Positions 40,666 through 53,899 of a DNA stretch of 64,000 bases are shown here, piece after piece. Under the pieces are notes generated by a model, which searched no databases, had not been told where the DNA came from, and was given only the letters and a program-made list of their open reading frames with translations. Position 1 is the first letter of the stretch. Each line of letters starts with the position of its first letter. Source of the stretch: Octopus bimaculoides (Eukaryota); contig NC_069000.1 in NCBI RefSeq assembly GCF_001194135.2, forward strand, positions 3,250,711 to 3,314,710, in the 5' to 3' direction. The position numbers were made by a program, and so were the translations under genes.

Positions 40666-42110
40666 TATATATACACTGATTAGTAGACATATACATATAT
40701 ATATATTATGTGTGTGTGTATGTATAAGGAGATGTACACACATGCGATAGATTCGCCATCGGTCTCAATGATGTGCGCTCATTTGGTCGACGAACCATAT
40801 TATCGTATAAGTAGCTGAGATTACTGCAGACATTTCTACAAGAACATGTTTCCTATGGCGAAGCAGAAGGATGGGGCTGATCATTTCAAAAACTGCGCTT
40901 ACAATCTAAAGATAAAGATATAGCTACAGAGGAGGGGAAAAAAACTAATGAAAAAAGCAAAGCAATCTGTCGATCCTGTCACTATAGTTACATTTCGCTG
41001 AAGGTAAATTTCACAATTGCTTTGGCTAATAAACTCCGTAAATACATCCTCATTATTTCTAAATTTTCTTAAACACATTACCGGGAAGTGTAACGTTGCT
41101 GGATCTTGTAACCGCATCGTATATACAGGAAGCAAATGTAAAATTATGGAAGTGATAATACTTGACTTTCAAATATTGAACCAAGCAAACCGTAAGAGAA
41201 TTTCCACGAGACATCGATAAAGAGATAAACCAGAAAACAATCATGTTTTCTATGCAGTATGTGAAGTAAAGACTCTTGCATATTGATACATATGCATCTA
41301 TCTAAAGAAATATATACATATGTTCGTGTTTCTATATTATATAAACACAGTATATATATATATATATAGATATAGATATATTACACCATGAATTCTTTGC
41401 AGCAAAAGCTGCCGTCATGTGCTTCATAAAAGAATATATTTTTGTTGGTTTGAAGATAGGGAAACTCAGTACTGTATTATCGGATATAGAAATCGAATTT
41501 TTCAGACGAACATTTAGGGCAAATAAAAGTTAAGTCGACTCGACTTAAACACCAAAACGAATTTGAAGGACTAAATATTCCATTTGAAATATATTTAACA
41601 GACTTTCAAAATATGGTGAAGGTATTTGAATATTTACACTATATATTATATTGATTTGTATGCCAGAAAATACAGTATACCCCGGGATAAAATGTTTTGC
41701 AGATTGCAATTCTATTTTGTATATTATTTTGTCTAAATTCGAATTACATCAATACAAACTCCGCTTTACTGTCTTCGAAAGAATGAGCGTCAAACTCCAA
41801 TAAATCACTGGAGCTTCGTAGAAATAAAACTTTCTACCTCGCTTTCCTGTTTGGGTGGTCTTGTCCCTGATTTACAAAACAAAAATAAAATTCTGGACTT
41901 CGTTTTACTTGTGTCACATAAAATCTTAGACCCAAACCTTCTTGTTACATACATGTATCTGTGAGTGTGTCTTGGGTTTTCAGGTTTTATATACTGTATT
42001 TTTTTTTCTGCCTCCAATTTATTGAGATTTTTGTTCCTTTTCCATCATATTCTTTGCCGCCATTGTACGTTCTACTTCTCTTACATATAAACATATAAAC
42101 ACACACACAC

Positions 42111-42154
<44 letters not shown>

Positions 42155-42256
42155 AGAGAGAGAGAGTAAGAGAGAAAGAAAGAGGGAGAGAGATGGAGAG
42201 AGATGGAGAGAGAGAGAGTGACTGGGAAGACAGACAAAGATGGAGAAATGATAAGC

Positions 42257-42327
<71 letters not shown>

Positions 42328-42739
42328 CCGGCCAACATTTGACTAAGTAAATCGTAACGAGATTTGAGAGGACCGCACTTCCACCCTCTTCTTTCGCTAT
42401 ATTTATTTGAACTGACAGCGTTTATCATTGTAGATTAAGGTTGCCGTTTCTTGTTAGTGTAAAATAACTGCAAAACAAATCTCTATCTAGAGAAAAAGAA
42501 AGAGAAAACAGAAGGTCACGATTCTTAGCTCGCACTTTCTGACAACGTCCGTTTAGTCCGGCGGAAGACATTCGAAGTGGACAAATAAAAAAACAGAAAC
42601 TATTTACTGTATTGAAAGTGCAAGAAATTACACACACACACATACATACATACATATATGTATATATTTGTCAATTCGATACATCTTCGATTGTATGTCT
42701 ATTTGATAAATCGATGTTTTCATGAAATGTCTCTCTTCT

Positions 42740-42775
<36 letters not shown>

Positions 42776-43529
42776 TAGATAGACGTGTGTGTTGGGGAAG
42801 GCGAAGATGAAGAATGTTTGTAAGAGGAAAGGGTACATTGTATGTTTCGACAATGTACCCTTACTTTGGTTCGTTCGAGACTTAAAAAGGAAGGAAGTTG
42901 AAACTAAATTCCTCAGTGAATAAATATGTTCATGAATGAATATATTCAACGTTCAACAAGACCACAATATTCAGCGTTTCACTTAATCACACAGTTAAAT
43001 AAATCAAATATTTAAATAAGAAAATAAAGAACCCGAGCGGAATCTACATATTCACGAGATTATTTTCCTCGCATTCATATGTAATTTATTGTCATTGAGA
43101 ATTCATTACCATATTTTTTATGTCCCATCACTGTACATTTATAACAAATCGCCATTGCTTGATAGAATATAGGAGAGAGTAAGTAAACCAATGCAATAAA
43201 GGTGCATTGTGAAATTTTGGATATGATCAGCTTCCAGTGAAATATTTGCGACCACAGAAATGTATAACAATTCGCAAGATCATCTCACGTTTCACACAGG
43301 TCGAAATACTGATTAGTCCAAGCAACAGATAAGTATTCCGGAAGTAGTATTGTAAAACAATATATATAAGCCCATTTTCTGTATATGGGTATACTCGAAC
43401 ATCATTTTACTTACTTATAAAGTTTACGTTGCCATTAATCATAAACCAAAATATTTTCTATAGGGGAGACTGGAAGAAGCATATGGACTATAGGGGAGAC
43501 TATGTCAAAAAAACAAAACACATTTGCTC

Positions 43530-43583
43530 AGGTTCGACCATTGCATCGTGGTCAGCCTACGAATTTTTCAGCCCACCCTCATA
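43530..43583 (-). mobile_element. mariner TIR fragment
   Basis: Minus strand TA|TGAGGGTGGGCTGAAAAATTCGTAGGCTGACC, a mariner-type terminus. Confidence 0.6.
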
Positions 43584-43610
43584 CATGTGGTTGTGTATTA
43601 TATATATATG

Positions 43611-43655
<45 letters not shown>

Positions 43656-45190
43656 CGGCATCTAATATACATGTGTGTGCATACGGATTCATATGCTATG
43701 TGTGGATACGCGCATGTACTATTTATTAGTCTTCGTATCACTTCACTAATACAGAATTTCATCAAACGGAAGGTGGCAACTATGATATCGTCAGATTCCA
43801 ATTCTTATCGTAAAATAACTTATCTACCACGTTATTGTTCGACGCACTTCCCACTGTACCAATCTGCCGCTGTAAAATCGACATAATATTGCCGTTGAAA
43901 AATGGGAGATTAATGGTAATCAGCGGTGGAACTGCAGATAAATTACATTGCGCTATCCTGTTATGGCTCTTTTCTGCAGAACTCGACGCTGCCTTTCATT
44001 ATGCCAGAGATGACATAATAGACTGCGTCCTTTCCCTCTCACACTTCCATCCATCTTGTCCTTCTGAGCATTCAACAACATTTCGTGTAATAATGCTTTT
44101 GACGATGACATTTGTGATATTCGTACAATGCTAAATCTCATTACTCGTCCTTCCCTCTCCTCCCACTACATCACGTACGTCTGACTCTTCCCATCACCTT
44201 CCTACATCCTCCGCTTACGAATATAAATCAACTTTCTCTGTTCTACATAAACAAGCATTTTATACATTAACGGGAATTATGGAATTGTAGCTTTTTTGAA
44301 AGTCAAGGTTGAGCTTCTTACCCCGCACTCGCACCAACCTCTCTCCTTCTCTGAACGCATATGAACTATTAAAACTAAATGTTATAAAGCATTGTTTTTT
44401 TTTTCAGACAAGCTGCATCTAGGGCACCAATATCCATATTTACCATTTCAACAAACAACCTAGCTTCTCACTAGACAATCTGTACGAAAGGAGACGCTTA
44501 ATAGAATTAACAAAGAATATAAATAATTAATTCTTACAGTTAGTGGATAAATAACGAAACCAGATGCAGAAATATAGATTGAGGAATTCCACGGCCGTTG
44601 CTGGACGCATTTCATCGGCCATGGAGATTCTGTGTTTTTCGGCACTATACGTTTATACGACATGTTTCTAGACGAAAACCGCAGTTTTTATTCAGAAACC
44701 CATTAAAAAATTCTCCGTATTGTTAAATGCATGACTGAATCCATGAGAGATGTGTCCTTTCATGCAGTTGATATATGCTTCCTACTGAATGACGTACAAA
44801 AATATAGAAGATATGATATAGCAAACCACCGCCGCTGTTACTCGATTCTGTTCGACTGCTAATGAGATCTCTCCACTTTTTATCCCTCTATATCTATACG
44901 AAACGCTTTCCCAAGAGTAATGTTATACTTTTGTGGCTGCCGACCGTATATGCTCGTTAAGCGAGACACGCAGAATGTCCGAATGAAATTTTATTACGTG
45001 ATACGTTAGGCTAAACTGATAAGATGATTGTAAGCAAGCAATACGTCGCGGATTCGATCGTAGCTATTAACGTCTGGGCTTCACTTACTTAAAACAAGTG
45101 GATCGGCAGTTTTACGTTAAGGAAAGTGAGAAATTAACTGTCCAGCATAAGTTTTAGATGTTAAACATGCACACAAAATTTTATGTATTT

Positions 45191-45503
45191 ATTAGTAGTG
45201 CTTACATGTGAATCGAATCATACTGATGTGGTTATAGTATGTGGTGTTTCTTGCTCCGTTACTAAATGTTGCAGAAGGGGCAATGAATGCCTGCCCTGAT
45301 TGCTAAAATTCATTAATCTCCCACTTTCGCTCAGAACAGATTTGAGACAGAAAATAGGAGATTAATGAATTTTAACAATCAGGGCATGCATTCATTGCCG
45401 CCTCTGAAACATTTAGTGAGCAAGAAACACCTCATACAAGAGACTATAACTACATCCGTATGATTCGATTCGCATATAAGCAACGCATATAAGCACTAAT
45501 AAT
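45191..45503. repeat. Long imperfect inverted repeat (fold-back, possible MITE)
   Basis: Arms of roughly 140 nt pair almost to a ~9-nt loop near 45335-45343. Confidence 0.9.
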
Positions 45504-46074
45504 ATCCATATATATACATATATAAACATACACAAGCATACATATTCTGATCTACTTAACTATTTTGTTGTTTTCTTGCAGTTAAGACCGCATTTCTTCA
45601 CGAGGATACTGGATTTTTACACACACACACACGCATATATATATACACACGACATATATACACACACGCACGTGTGTGTGTGTGTGTGTGGCGTCTCGTT
45701 AATGTTCTTGATTCATATTTATTCTACTACTGTTCATACTTCTACTACTAATGCAAGCAGCGTGATGTCGGCTTCTAATCTCAGTTCTCTGATGTTCCGT
45801 GGTTTGCAGCTCCTCTCGGGATATTTCTTGTGCTAATTCTTTGATTTCATACGTGTGTGTGCGTGTGCGTGCGTTTATGTGTGTGTGTTCATTATATCTA
45901 CACTACAATCATACGTATGTAGGTGTGTGCGCATATATATACATATATATGCACACACATATATACACATATACACACATATGCACACACATATATATAC
46001 ACATACATATATATACATATTCAGAACGCTATAAAAATGCTATATATTGTGATATACAAATATATAAGTATACA

Positions 46075-46137
<63 letters not shown>

Positions 46138-46769
46138 NNNNNNNNNNNNNNNNNNNNNNNNNNNNNNNNNNNNNNNNNNNNNNNNNNNNNNNNNNNNNNN
46201 NNNNNNNNNNNNNNNNNNNNNNNNNNNNNNNNNNNNNNNNNNNNNNNNNNNNNNNNNNNNNNNNNNNNNNNNNNNNNNNNNNNNNNNNNNNNNNNTTTTT
46301 TTTTTTTTTTTTTTTTGGTAATCACACCGCTGTAATACCTCGTTGTTGCTATTCTTACGGGCTCCGCTCGTTCGTCATTATGTATATTATTGCGTGTTAA
46401 CTGTGTATTAGCGGGATAAAAAGGACTTTGAAGGAATGTTAAACGTGTGATCTTTGAGAAAGAAAGACCACGTTTGAAGTGATTATTTCGCGTGTTTGCG
46501 TGTGTATGTGTGTTCGCACATTCCTGCTTTTGTGAGCTTGTGTAGTCATCTATCTGTTTGCGTATATATGTGTGAGCGTTCCCGTGTGCTCGCATGTGCG
46601 CATGTATACGTCCGTGTGCGCACGTGCATGCGTGTATGTTTAACTCCGTGGGTGATGGCGCGTGTATATAAATGTGTGGTTACATCACCGTTATAGCTAG
46701 AGCTGAACAGCTCTTCCTGATATTGAACTCATAATTATTATTACTACTAATATTATTATTAAAGTAATA

Positions 46770-46970
46770 ACCTAGCAGAATCGTTAGTACGTCGGATAAA
46801 ATGCTTACCGGTATTTCGTCCGTCCTTATGGTTTGAGTTCAAATTCGCTGACGCAACTTTATCTTTTATTTGTCGATATTGATAAAATATGAACCAGTTG
46901 ACCACTGGTGTTCGATGTAACCGAATTGCCCCTCCCTCGAAATAGCTGGATTTTTTGCGACACTTTGAAT
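46770..46970 (+). mobile_element. tRNA-derived SINE family D, near full length
   Basis: tagcagaatcgttagtacgtcgg...gagttcaaattc (B box)...accagttgaccactggtgttcgatgtaaccga. Confidence 0.8.
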
Positions 46971-47028
46971 TTATTATTATTATTGAAATGTCGACTACCT
47001 GTTGTCGCGTGTGTATGGGTTTGGCTAT

Positions 47029-47058
47029 CAGGAAGTTTGCCCTGCCGCCCTTATTTGG
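47029..47058 (+). promoter_or_regulatory. SRE-like ETS + CArG composite
   Basis: CAGGAAGT (47029-47036) and CCTTATTTGG (47049-47058). Confidence 0.3.
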
Positions 47059-47280
47059 CTGGAAAGGGCAGTCAGTTTTTATTTGTCTGGTGACTGTATC
47101 GAAAGAGGTAGTGTGGTGGTCAAGTTTAAAATGGACAAAGCTAGATAGACACGTTTCACTTCGGCCAAAGAGTTTGGTCTTAAAATTCGACTTGTGTGCC
47201 GGAAACTTCGGTACATCGTTTTTTTTCCCTCAAAAAGCGTTTACTATTTGAGTGACTTGTTTTTCTACTTCAAGTCCTTT

Positions 47281-47552
47281 CATGACCGTAATCTTCGTTT
47301 CCACAGTATATGAGGGTTGGGAAATTTCTTGCCGAACAACCACACATGATTTGTTTATAGTGATCAAATGTTTGTACAGATATAAGCTTACTCACTCCTC
47401 ATATTGGCATCACCTGTACAGGTGCAACGCGTGCCACATGTCAGACGACAAAATGATCGCAGAGCGACGTGAAATGAAGTACTTTGTTCAAGAACACAAG
47501 GCAACGCCGGTTCGGGAATCGAACTCACAATCTTGATTGCACTAAGCCATGC
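47281..47552 (-). mobile_element. SINE family B, near full length
   Basis: Minus strand gcatggcttagtgc...gtgagttcgattcccgaaccggcg...ttcttgaacaaagtacttcatttcacgtcgctctgcgatc. Confidence 0.75.
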
Positions 47553-47574
47553 TCATTCACGATGTGTGTACGCG

Positions 47575-47639
<65 letters not shown>

Positions 47640-47807
47640 ATATATATGTGTGTGTGTGTTTATATATGATTCGGAAGGGTGAAGTACATAATAGAAAAGA
47701 CATGACAATAGAAAGGTTTCCCCTTTCTGGCAAAGAGCATCGGAAGCAGTAGTATACATATTCATATACTCATGAATATATACATGTGCGTGTATTTTTG
47801 TGTGAAT

Positions 47808-47842
<35 letters not shown>

Positions 47843-49384
47843 TACATACACGCATACATTTGTTCATCTGCACATTTATACATCTCAATGATTGTATGCT
47901 GAACGTTAGCAATATTATACACTCGCGCACACACACAATATTTCTTCCGTATATGTCATATAAATACGGGAGAGGGTTAAATGCAGATATGCCTAACAAA
48001 TTCTATATGTATGGTTGGTATGAGATGTCGGTGTTATGTCCATAAATTTATACATTGATAATTTTATAACATTGTTATAAAATTTGTATGTACCTACATA
48101 AGCACAACTGTTTGCATCCACATATATATATATATATATACAAACATTAACCCATATAATTCTATACGTTCATTTTTACACATGCTCATTGTGACATTAA
48201 AAGTTAAAGGTGAACATGCAAAGAGAAGCGCTAGTTTATTTTGATTTTAGTCGTCAGTGTAATTTGATCCAGTAACACATATAATCCACGTGCGCGCTTT
48301 TGTGCATTTTATGTTCTTCCTTTGTGTAGATGATGATAGAACTTAGTCATGAATACACAACTATAGGCTGCATTTATCCTCGTTATATGCATGAGCGAAT
48401 CTCAATGTTCAGCTTGTGAAATTCTGCAATCGAAATGAGAGTGTCGATATAAATAATAATGTTGAATAGAATCAAAGAAATTTGCCGGTATATTCGACAT
48501 AGTTGCTTGTAATTGATGCGTTTTGCAATCGTGATAGAAGTAACATGAAGAGGGGTACCAAAACTATGTTGCTGACAATAAAAGTGAGCAAATCTTGAAG
48601 GTGAATGTAAATGCTAGGTATAAGCAGATTAGAGTATGGCTGACAATCGTAAATGGAGGGCATTGCACAGTTGACACAGCTAATTGAATATTCATAAAAT
48701 ATGTATATTCTGAAGAGACAACCAAACAGTAAATATAGATTTGATCTTTCTAAATAGACTTTCTAAGCTAGTATATAGCACTTTCCAGAGAAGCAGAGAG
48801 AATGGCACACTTTCCGTTGATATAGGAAGTCATGGACTCTCTAATTAACCAATTGATCTCGAAATTTAAGATTATTTGCAAGTCAAGATATGGTACCCTA
48901 GGAACGCTTAGTAGTGCTTTGATATGTATCCATAGGTGAACGTCTAAGTGTGTTAGTTACATTCATTTTTAAAAGCATTTCTACTTGTATTACGGATGTC
49001 TTGTGAAGAAGAGGGTTAATGATTTCTAGTCGATGCAATTAATTGTAAACAGAGGTTAGAATATTGTAGAATAGTCCAACTAGTTTTGCTTTATAAGGAA
49101 CAATTGCATTTCGAATTTTCAGTGGGATAAACGACGTGGTAAGTAATTATCAAATCGAGTACATGCGGTAGACATTTGAGATCTACTTTATGTTTGAAGC
49201 ACTCTTCTCGCACTTGCAGAAGAAAACTAAGTTACACGTATGAATAAATATAAAATCACAATCACATGCTTCATTGAGAACTACTCTCGGATTTACACTT
49301 TGTACGGGTTTCCATACTAATGTAACATGTACGGATTCCCATCTTAATGTATTGGCCAGATTTTCTTAATTCAGTCGAATGCAT

Positions 49385-49678
49385 TGACCCCAGTATCTAT
49401 ATGCCTGGTACATATTCTGTTGTTGCACCGCTAAGTTACGTGGGTGTAAACACGTGAACACCCGTTGTCAAGCGGTGGTGGGGTACAAACACAAAGACAC
49501 ACAAGCATGTATTCATATGCAACGCGTTCCTTTCAGTTTCCCCCTCTACCGAATCTACTCACAAGGCTTTGGTCGCCCAGATGCTAAGTAGATGACAATT
49601 CCCTAAGGTAGTACGCAGTAGGACTGAACTCAAACTATGTGGTTCGGAGGCAAATTTCTTACCGCACAGCCACTCCTG
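49385..49678 (-). mobile_element. SINE family A, near full length
   Basis: gaccccagt...accgctaagttacg...gttgtcaagcg...tttcagtttcc...ctcacaaggctttggtc...ggactgaactc...cttaccgcacagccactcc. Confidence 0.85.
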
Positions 49679-49693
49679 GTATATCAAATCACC

Positions 49694-49920
49694 GTGTGCA
49701 GACAATTCGCCGACAGACAATTCACACACGGCCTTAACACGGAGGCCTACATCAAGTGCCTGGAGGAGGTAGTACCGCCTTAGCTCAAGAGGGTGGCTGC
49801 AGGATCACCCTACGTCTGGTAGCAAGACTCTGCACCATGCCACACAATTGTCCTATCTGCAAGTTATCTGTCGGCCAACTGTCTGTCAGCCAACTGTCTG
49901 TCGAAGAATTGTCCGTCTAC
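49694..49920. mobile_element. MITE-like element with TIRs made of tandem 15-mers
   Basis: Left gacaattcgccgacagacaatt; right ctgtcggccaactgt-ctgtcagccaactgt-ctgtcgaagaattgtc, reverse-complementary. Confidence 0.65.
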
Positions 49921-50077
49921 CTCAAATCACATGTGAGTCGCAAGTTTGATTGTTCAGGCTGACATCGTGCGAAAGACCCACGGTCAAAATAAAAACGAGA
50001 AGTCAGGACAGCAGCCATAATTTCGCTTGGGTATCCAGCCGAAATGCGTGTAACGACGTCTGCTTGTGACAGGAGAC

Positions 50078-50119
50078 TATAAAAGGGGTGTCTGAGAACT
50101 CTACTACACACGATCATTC
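50078..50119 (+). promoter_or_regulatory. Candidate TATA core promoter
   Basis: TATAAAAGGGG at 50078; CA at 50107-50108 (~30 nt downstream); TCATTC at 50114-50119. Confidence 0.3.
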
Positions 50120-50740
50120 CAGAAATAATGGACGGTGGAGAGGAAGGCCTATAGAATACAATCGTACAGTAAAACCAATATAATACGTCGCTAAGTCAAT
50201 AAGCCTGCTAACAGTAGTATTATATAAATTAGACAAATGCGATTAGATTCCTAATGATTAGTTCAACGTACTTTTGGTCCAGTGTTCAGTGTTAAATCGT
50301 CACAGACAACTAAATCGCATAACCATTATTATTTAAAGGGTACACTGTATGAAAAGTAATAACGAATATTTTATATATACATATATATATATATATGATG
50401 ATGCCGATGATATGCCTCAGGTAGTAGTATATACATTTTACGGTGATTACTGGTTTAATCGTTAAAAGCAGGAATATAAGCAGTGTGCTTGACGGCGTTA
50501 TAAATAGCTGGTCACTTGTGACCAGTTCACATACGACTAACAGAGATACACGGACGTGATTATATAAGTAATATGCGAATGTCCATTATATGACTAGATG
50601 AGATGTGTGTGTATGTGCATATATATATATATATATATGCAAATACATATACACAAACTATATCAATATCATATACATCTAAGTCTCTCTTATAGACACA
50701 CATATACACACGCACAGTGTGTGTGTATCTGTGTGTGAGA

Positions 50741-50786
<46 letters not shown>

Positions 50787-51236
50787 AAGAGAGAGACAGA
50801 GACAGAGAGTGGATTTATGAATTTTACTTCTAAATATTTTCTATAATATTAATTATTGAATTTTCCGTTGTTTTAGTTTCAAATTCAATAAACTTGTTTT
50901 TAAAATCAATTCTATGTTTGTGTTTTTGCGTGTCTGGAAAGCTTGCATCGAGATTCCCGTCTAGATTATTCCAAGAATCATAATCACAGCAGATTAGCCA
51001 AGTTATTTATTGACAAGCTTATTAAGTATGTTATGTCTGACTCCATTATCAAAATATCAACAACCTGCGTGATGTTTGTGTTTAAAAAACCGAAAGTGAT
51101 TCTTACAAACGCTATTTCGTATTCGTTTATATTGGGTGGATTCCTTGTCGGTTTACCCGGACATGTTTTGGTCCATCAACAGTCTGTATAATCTACTCAT
51201 GGAATTGAAGTGGATTTGGTGAAATATAATTTACAG

Positions 51237-51315
51237 CAGTGGTCCTCAACCATTTTTTCATCTTTGGATATCTTTTGATTATTCTTTTAATCTAGCGGAC
51301 CTCCATACACGTTCC
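51237..51315 (+). mobile_element. hAT (Charlie-like) terminus fragment
   Basis: CAGTGGTCCTCAACCATTTTTT terminus; no partner end found. Confidence 0.5.
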
Positions 51316-51384
51316 TCTGCCTGATATTGTTGGCCTTCTGGCAAAATTTGAAACTATTATTATCATTATTAATATTATTATTAT

Positions 51385-51550
51385 TGTGTCTTCATTCGTC
51401 ACTACCTTCTGAGTTCAAATTCAGCCGAGGTTGACTTTGTCATTCATCCTTTCAGAGTCGATAAAATAATGACTAGCTGAACACTGGGGTCGATGTAATC
51501 GACTCATCCCCACCTCCCGCAAGCTGCCCTTGTGGAAAAAATTTGAAATA
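51385..51550 (+). mobile_element. SINE family D
   Basis: ttctgagttcaaattcagccgaggttgactttgtcattcatcctttcagagtcgataaaat...cactggggtcgatgtaatcgact. Confidence 0.85.
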
Positions 51551-52229
51551 ATAATTATTGTTGTTATGCATATATCTCTTTTTCAGTGTACACCGTATGC
51601 AGTTTCTCTGTGTTTTTTTTATTACTTTATAAGCAAGCCCTACATTTTATACCTATCTTTGTATTTTCCCTCACATCCTTCGCCCTTGTGGCAGATAAAT
51701 GAAATCATTATTATTATTATTCATAACTGTTCGTTCTGGTGGTTTATTTACGCTGAAATGAATTCAATAAAAGACTTTAAATGTCTCAAACTTTTCAAAG
51801 ACATATCCAAAGTCGTAATTTAAAAATATATTATTTATTGAAATAGGTTTTCTAACTAAGACAAACAGACAGAAACTCACAATAGTAAAACATATTGTCA
51901 TTGACGTCAGAATATTGTATTAATACCACAAATAACACAAACTTTAATAATGCACACAAGCCTTTGACTAACTACAAAGCTGTACTTGCACAAAACCCAT
52001 ATAAGTAAAAGGTAATTGCACACATCGGGGAAATATTGCACAAAAGCAGATCTCCGATTACATTGTCACCCTCTGTACGTCAACACACGATTACCATTTA
52101 ACAAAATGGCTGTCTTTACTATCATAAAAATATGACTATGCATCTATATGCTTTGATATATATATATATATATATATATATGCATGTGGGGGGGCGTATT
52201 TATTTTACTTAGTATAAACGCATCGATAC

Positions 52230-52738
52230 ATAGATAGAGAGGAGTAGACACGGAGGCAGACAGACCAACAGAGAGAGAGAGGCATAAACAGATACATGCG
52301 CACGGACACCGAAAACTAGAGATAGGTAGATATTTACAGAAACGGATTGATAGAAGGGAGGGAGAGAGAGAGATAGAGAGAGAAAATCACGGATAGACAA
52401 AGGGAAGGAGAAACTAATAGATATAGATGAATTAATAGAGAGAGACAGAGAGAGACGGATAGAGAGGGATACAGCGTGAGACTGATAGAGTGAGAGAAGT
52501 AAAGAGATAGGCAGAGAAGGATAGAGAGATAGGCAGAGAGAGAGAGAGAGAGAGATGTATAGAGAGATAGGCACAGAGAGAGAGCCGGATAGAGAGCTAG
52601 ACTGAGACAGACAGACGGATAAAGAGATAGTCAGAAAGAGAGACAGATAGAAAGATAGGCAGTGAGAGAGAGAGGCAGTGAGAGACGGAGAGAGAGAAAG
52701 ACGGATAGTCAGAGTGACAGACATATGGAGACGAAGAC

Positions 52739-52792
<54 letters not shown>
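52230..52792. repeat. Purine-rich (GA/GACA/GATA) complex satellite ending in (GATA)n
   Basis: Direct reading; strongly strand-asymmetric. Confidence 0.9.
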
Positions 52793-52794
<2 letters not shown>

Positions 52795-53219
52795 TCAATC
52801 AGTGAAGTAGAGAATTGAAAGATTCTAGACAAATGTCATACGGGATTTCAAAAGAAATCTCTGCGAGAAACGTAAACAATTTAAGATTCTATATTGAAAT
52901 ATTAAATCAATAACGTTAGGTATTTAAGGTCAGAATTTAGACAAAATTTCATTTTAAATTATTGAATTGATGTTGTTTACATATATATATTGCATTTAAA
53001 TAGAATATCGAATCGTTTGTGTTATTTACAACTCTTTCTTTGATAGTTTCAAATATTTGTTCTAATTATATCATCACTGTATCGTGACATGCTGTTTTGT
53101 GCAAACAAAGACCTTTCGCATTTAATATATTTATATAACATTTCTCATGAATGGGTTCAATAGCTTACGTATTGATAGCTATTTTACAAGCATATGCACA
53201 AACGTATGCATATATGTGT

Positions 53220-53263
<44 letters not shown>

Positions 53264-53494
53264 GTGAGTGTGTCTGTGTGTGTGCGGGTACGACTTAGTT
53301 TTTTTTTTCCAAAATCTTTATTGATTTTTCTACGTATTCATATCTTCTCAGCGTGTATCTATTCTATCAACATATATATTTAACCATCTAAACACACGCA
53401 TATGTCGCTCTACGTATATATATGTATAGATATGTGTGTAGATATATGTAAGAAGAAGCATATATGCACACACATATATCTATGTGAGTGTGTT

Positions 53495-53562
<68 letters not shown>

Positions 53563-53566
53563 AACA

Positions 53567-53606
<40 letters not shown>

Positions 53607-53609
53607 TTT

Positions 53610-53899
53610 GCTTCATGCGTTAGAAGTTCGCTTCGTAACCATGTTTTCGGGTTTCGTTCTACTGCGCAGCATTTTGTACACATGTCTGCTACATCTCGGA
53701 CCGACAAATGTCCTATGACGAAATTTGTTGGATGGAACCAATAAGGAAATCCATCGTGTGTATATATGAGGTCGGCAAAAGTGGCTGATAGATTAAGCCA
53801 CGGATATCAAAATACGTACTGGGGTCGATTATTTTGACCAAATCCTTCAAGACCGAACCACAGTACGGCTATGGTCAAATGGCAGCAAGAAGTAAATGG
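53610..53899 (+). mobile_element. SINE family A, diverged, internally shortened
   Basis: tagaagttcgcttcgtaacc...ctcggaccgacaaa...gtcggcaaaag...tactggggtcgatt...ggctatggtcaaatggc. Confidence 0.65.

Noticed and set aside
43458-43501. 14-bp direct repeat ctataggggagact with 30-bp period, CRISPR-like spacing
   Set aside because: Only two units in eukaryotic DNA; a simple local duplication.
43730-43800. Minus-strand CTGACGA...GAAA...GTA hammerhead-like spacing
   Set aside because: Stem II is out of register and stem I does not pair; likely chance.
43835-44134. 99-aa ORF of normal composition
   Set aside because: No recognisable domain or splice support; length is within chance expectation.
48780-49380. 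Possible decayed retroelement coding region on the minus strand
   Set aside because: The frames are broken by stops and I cannot recognise any domain motif; needs BLASTX.
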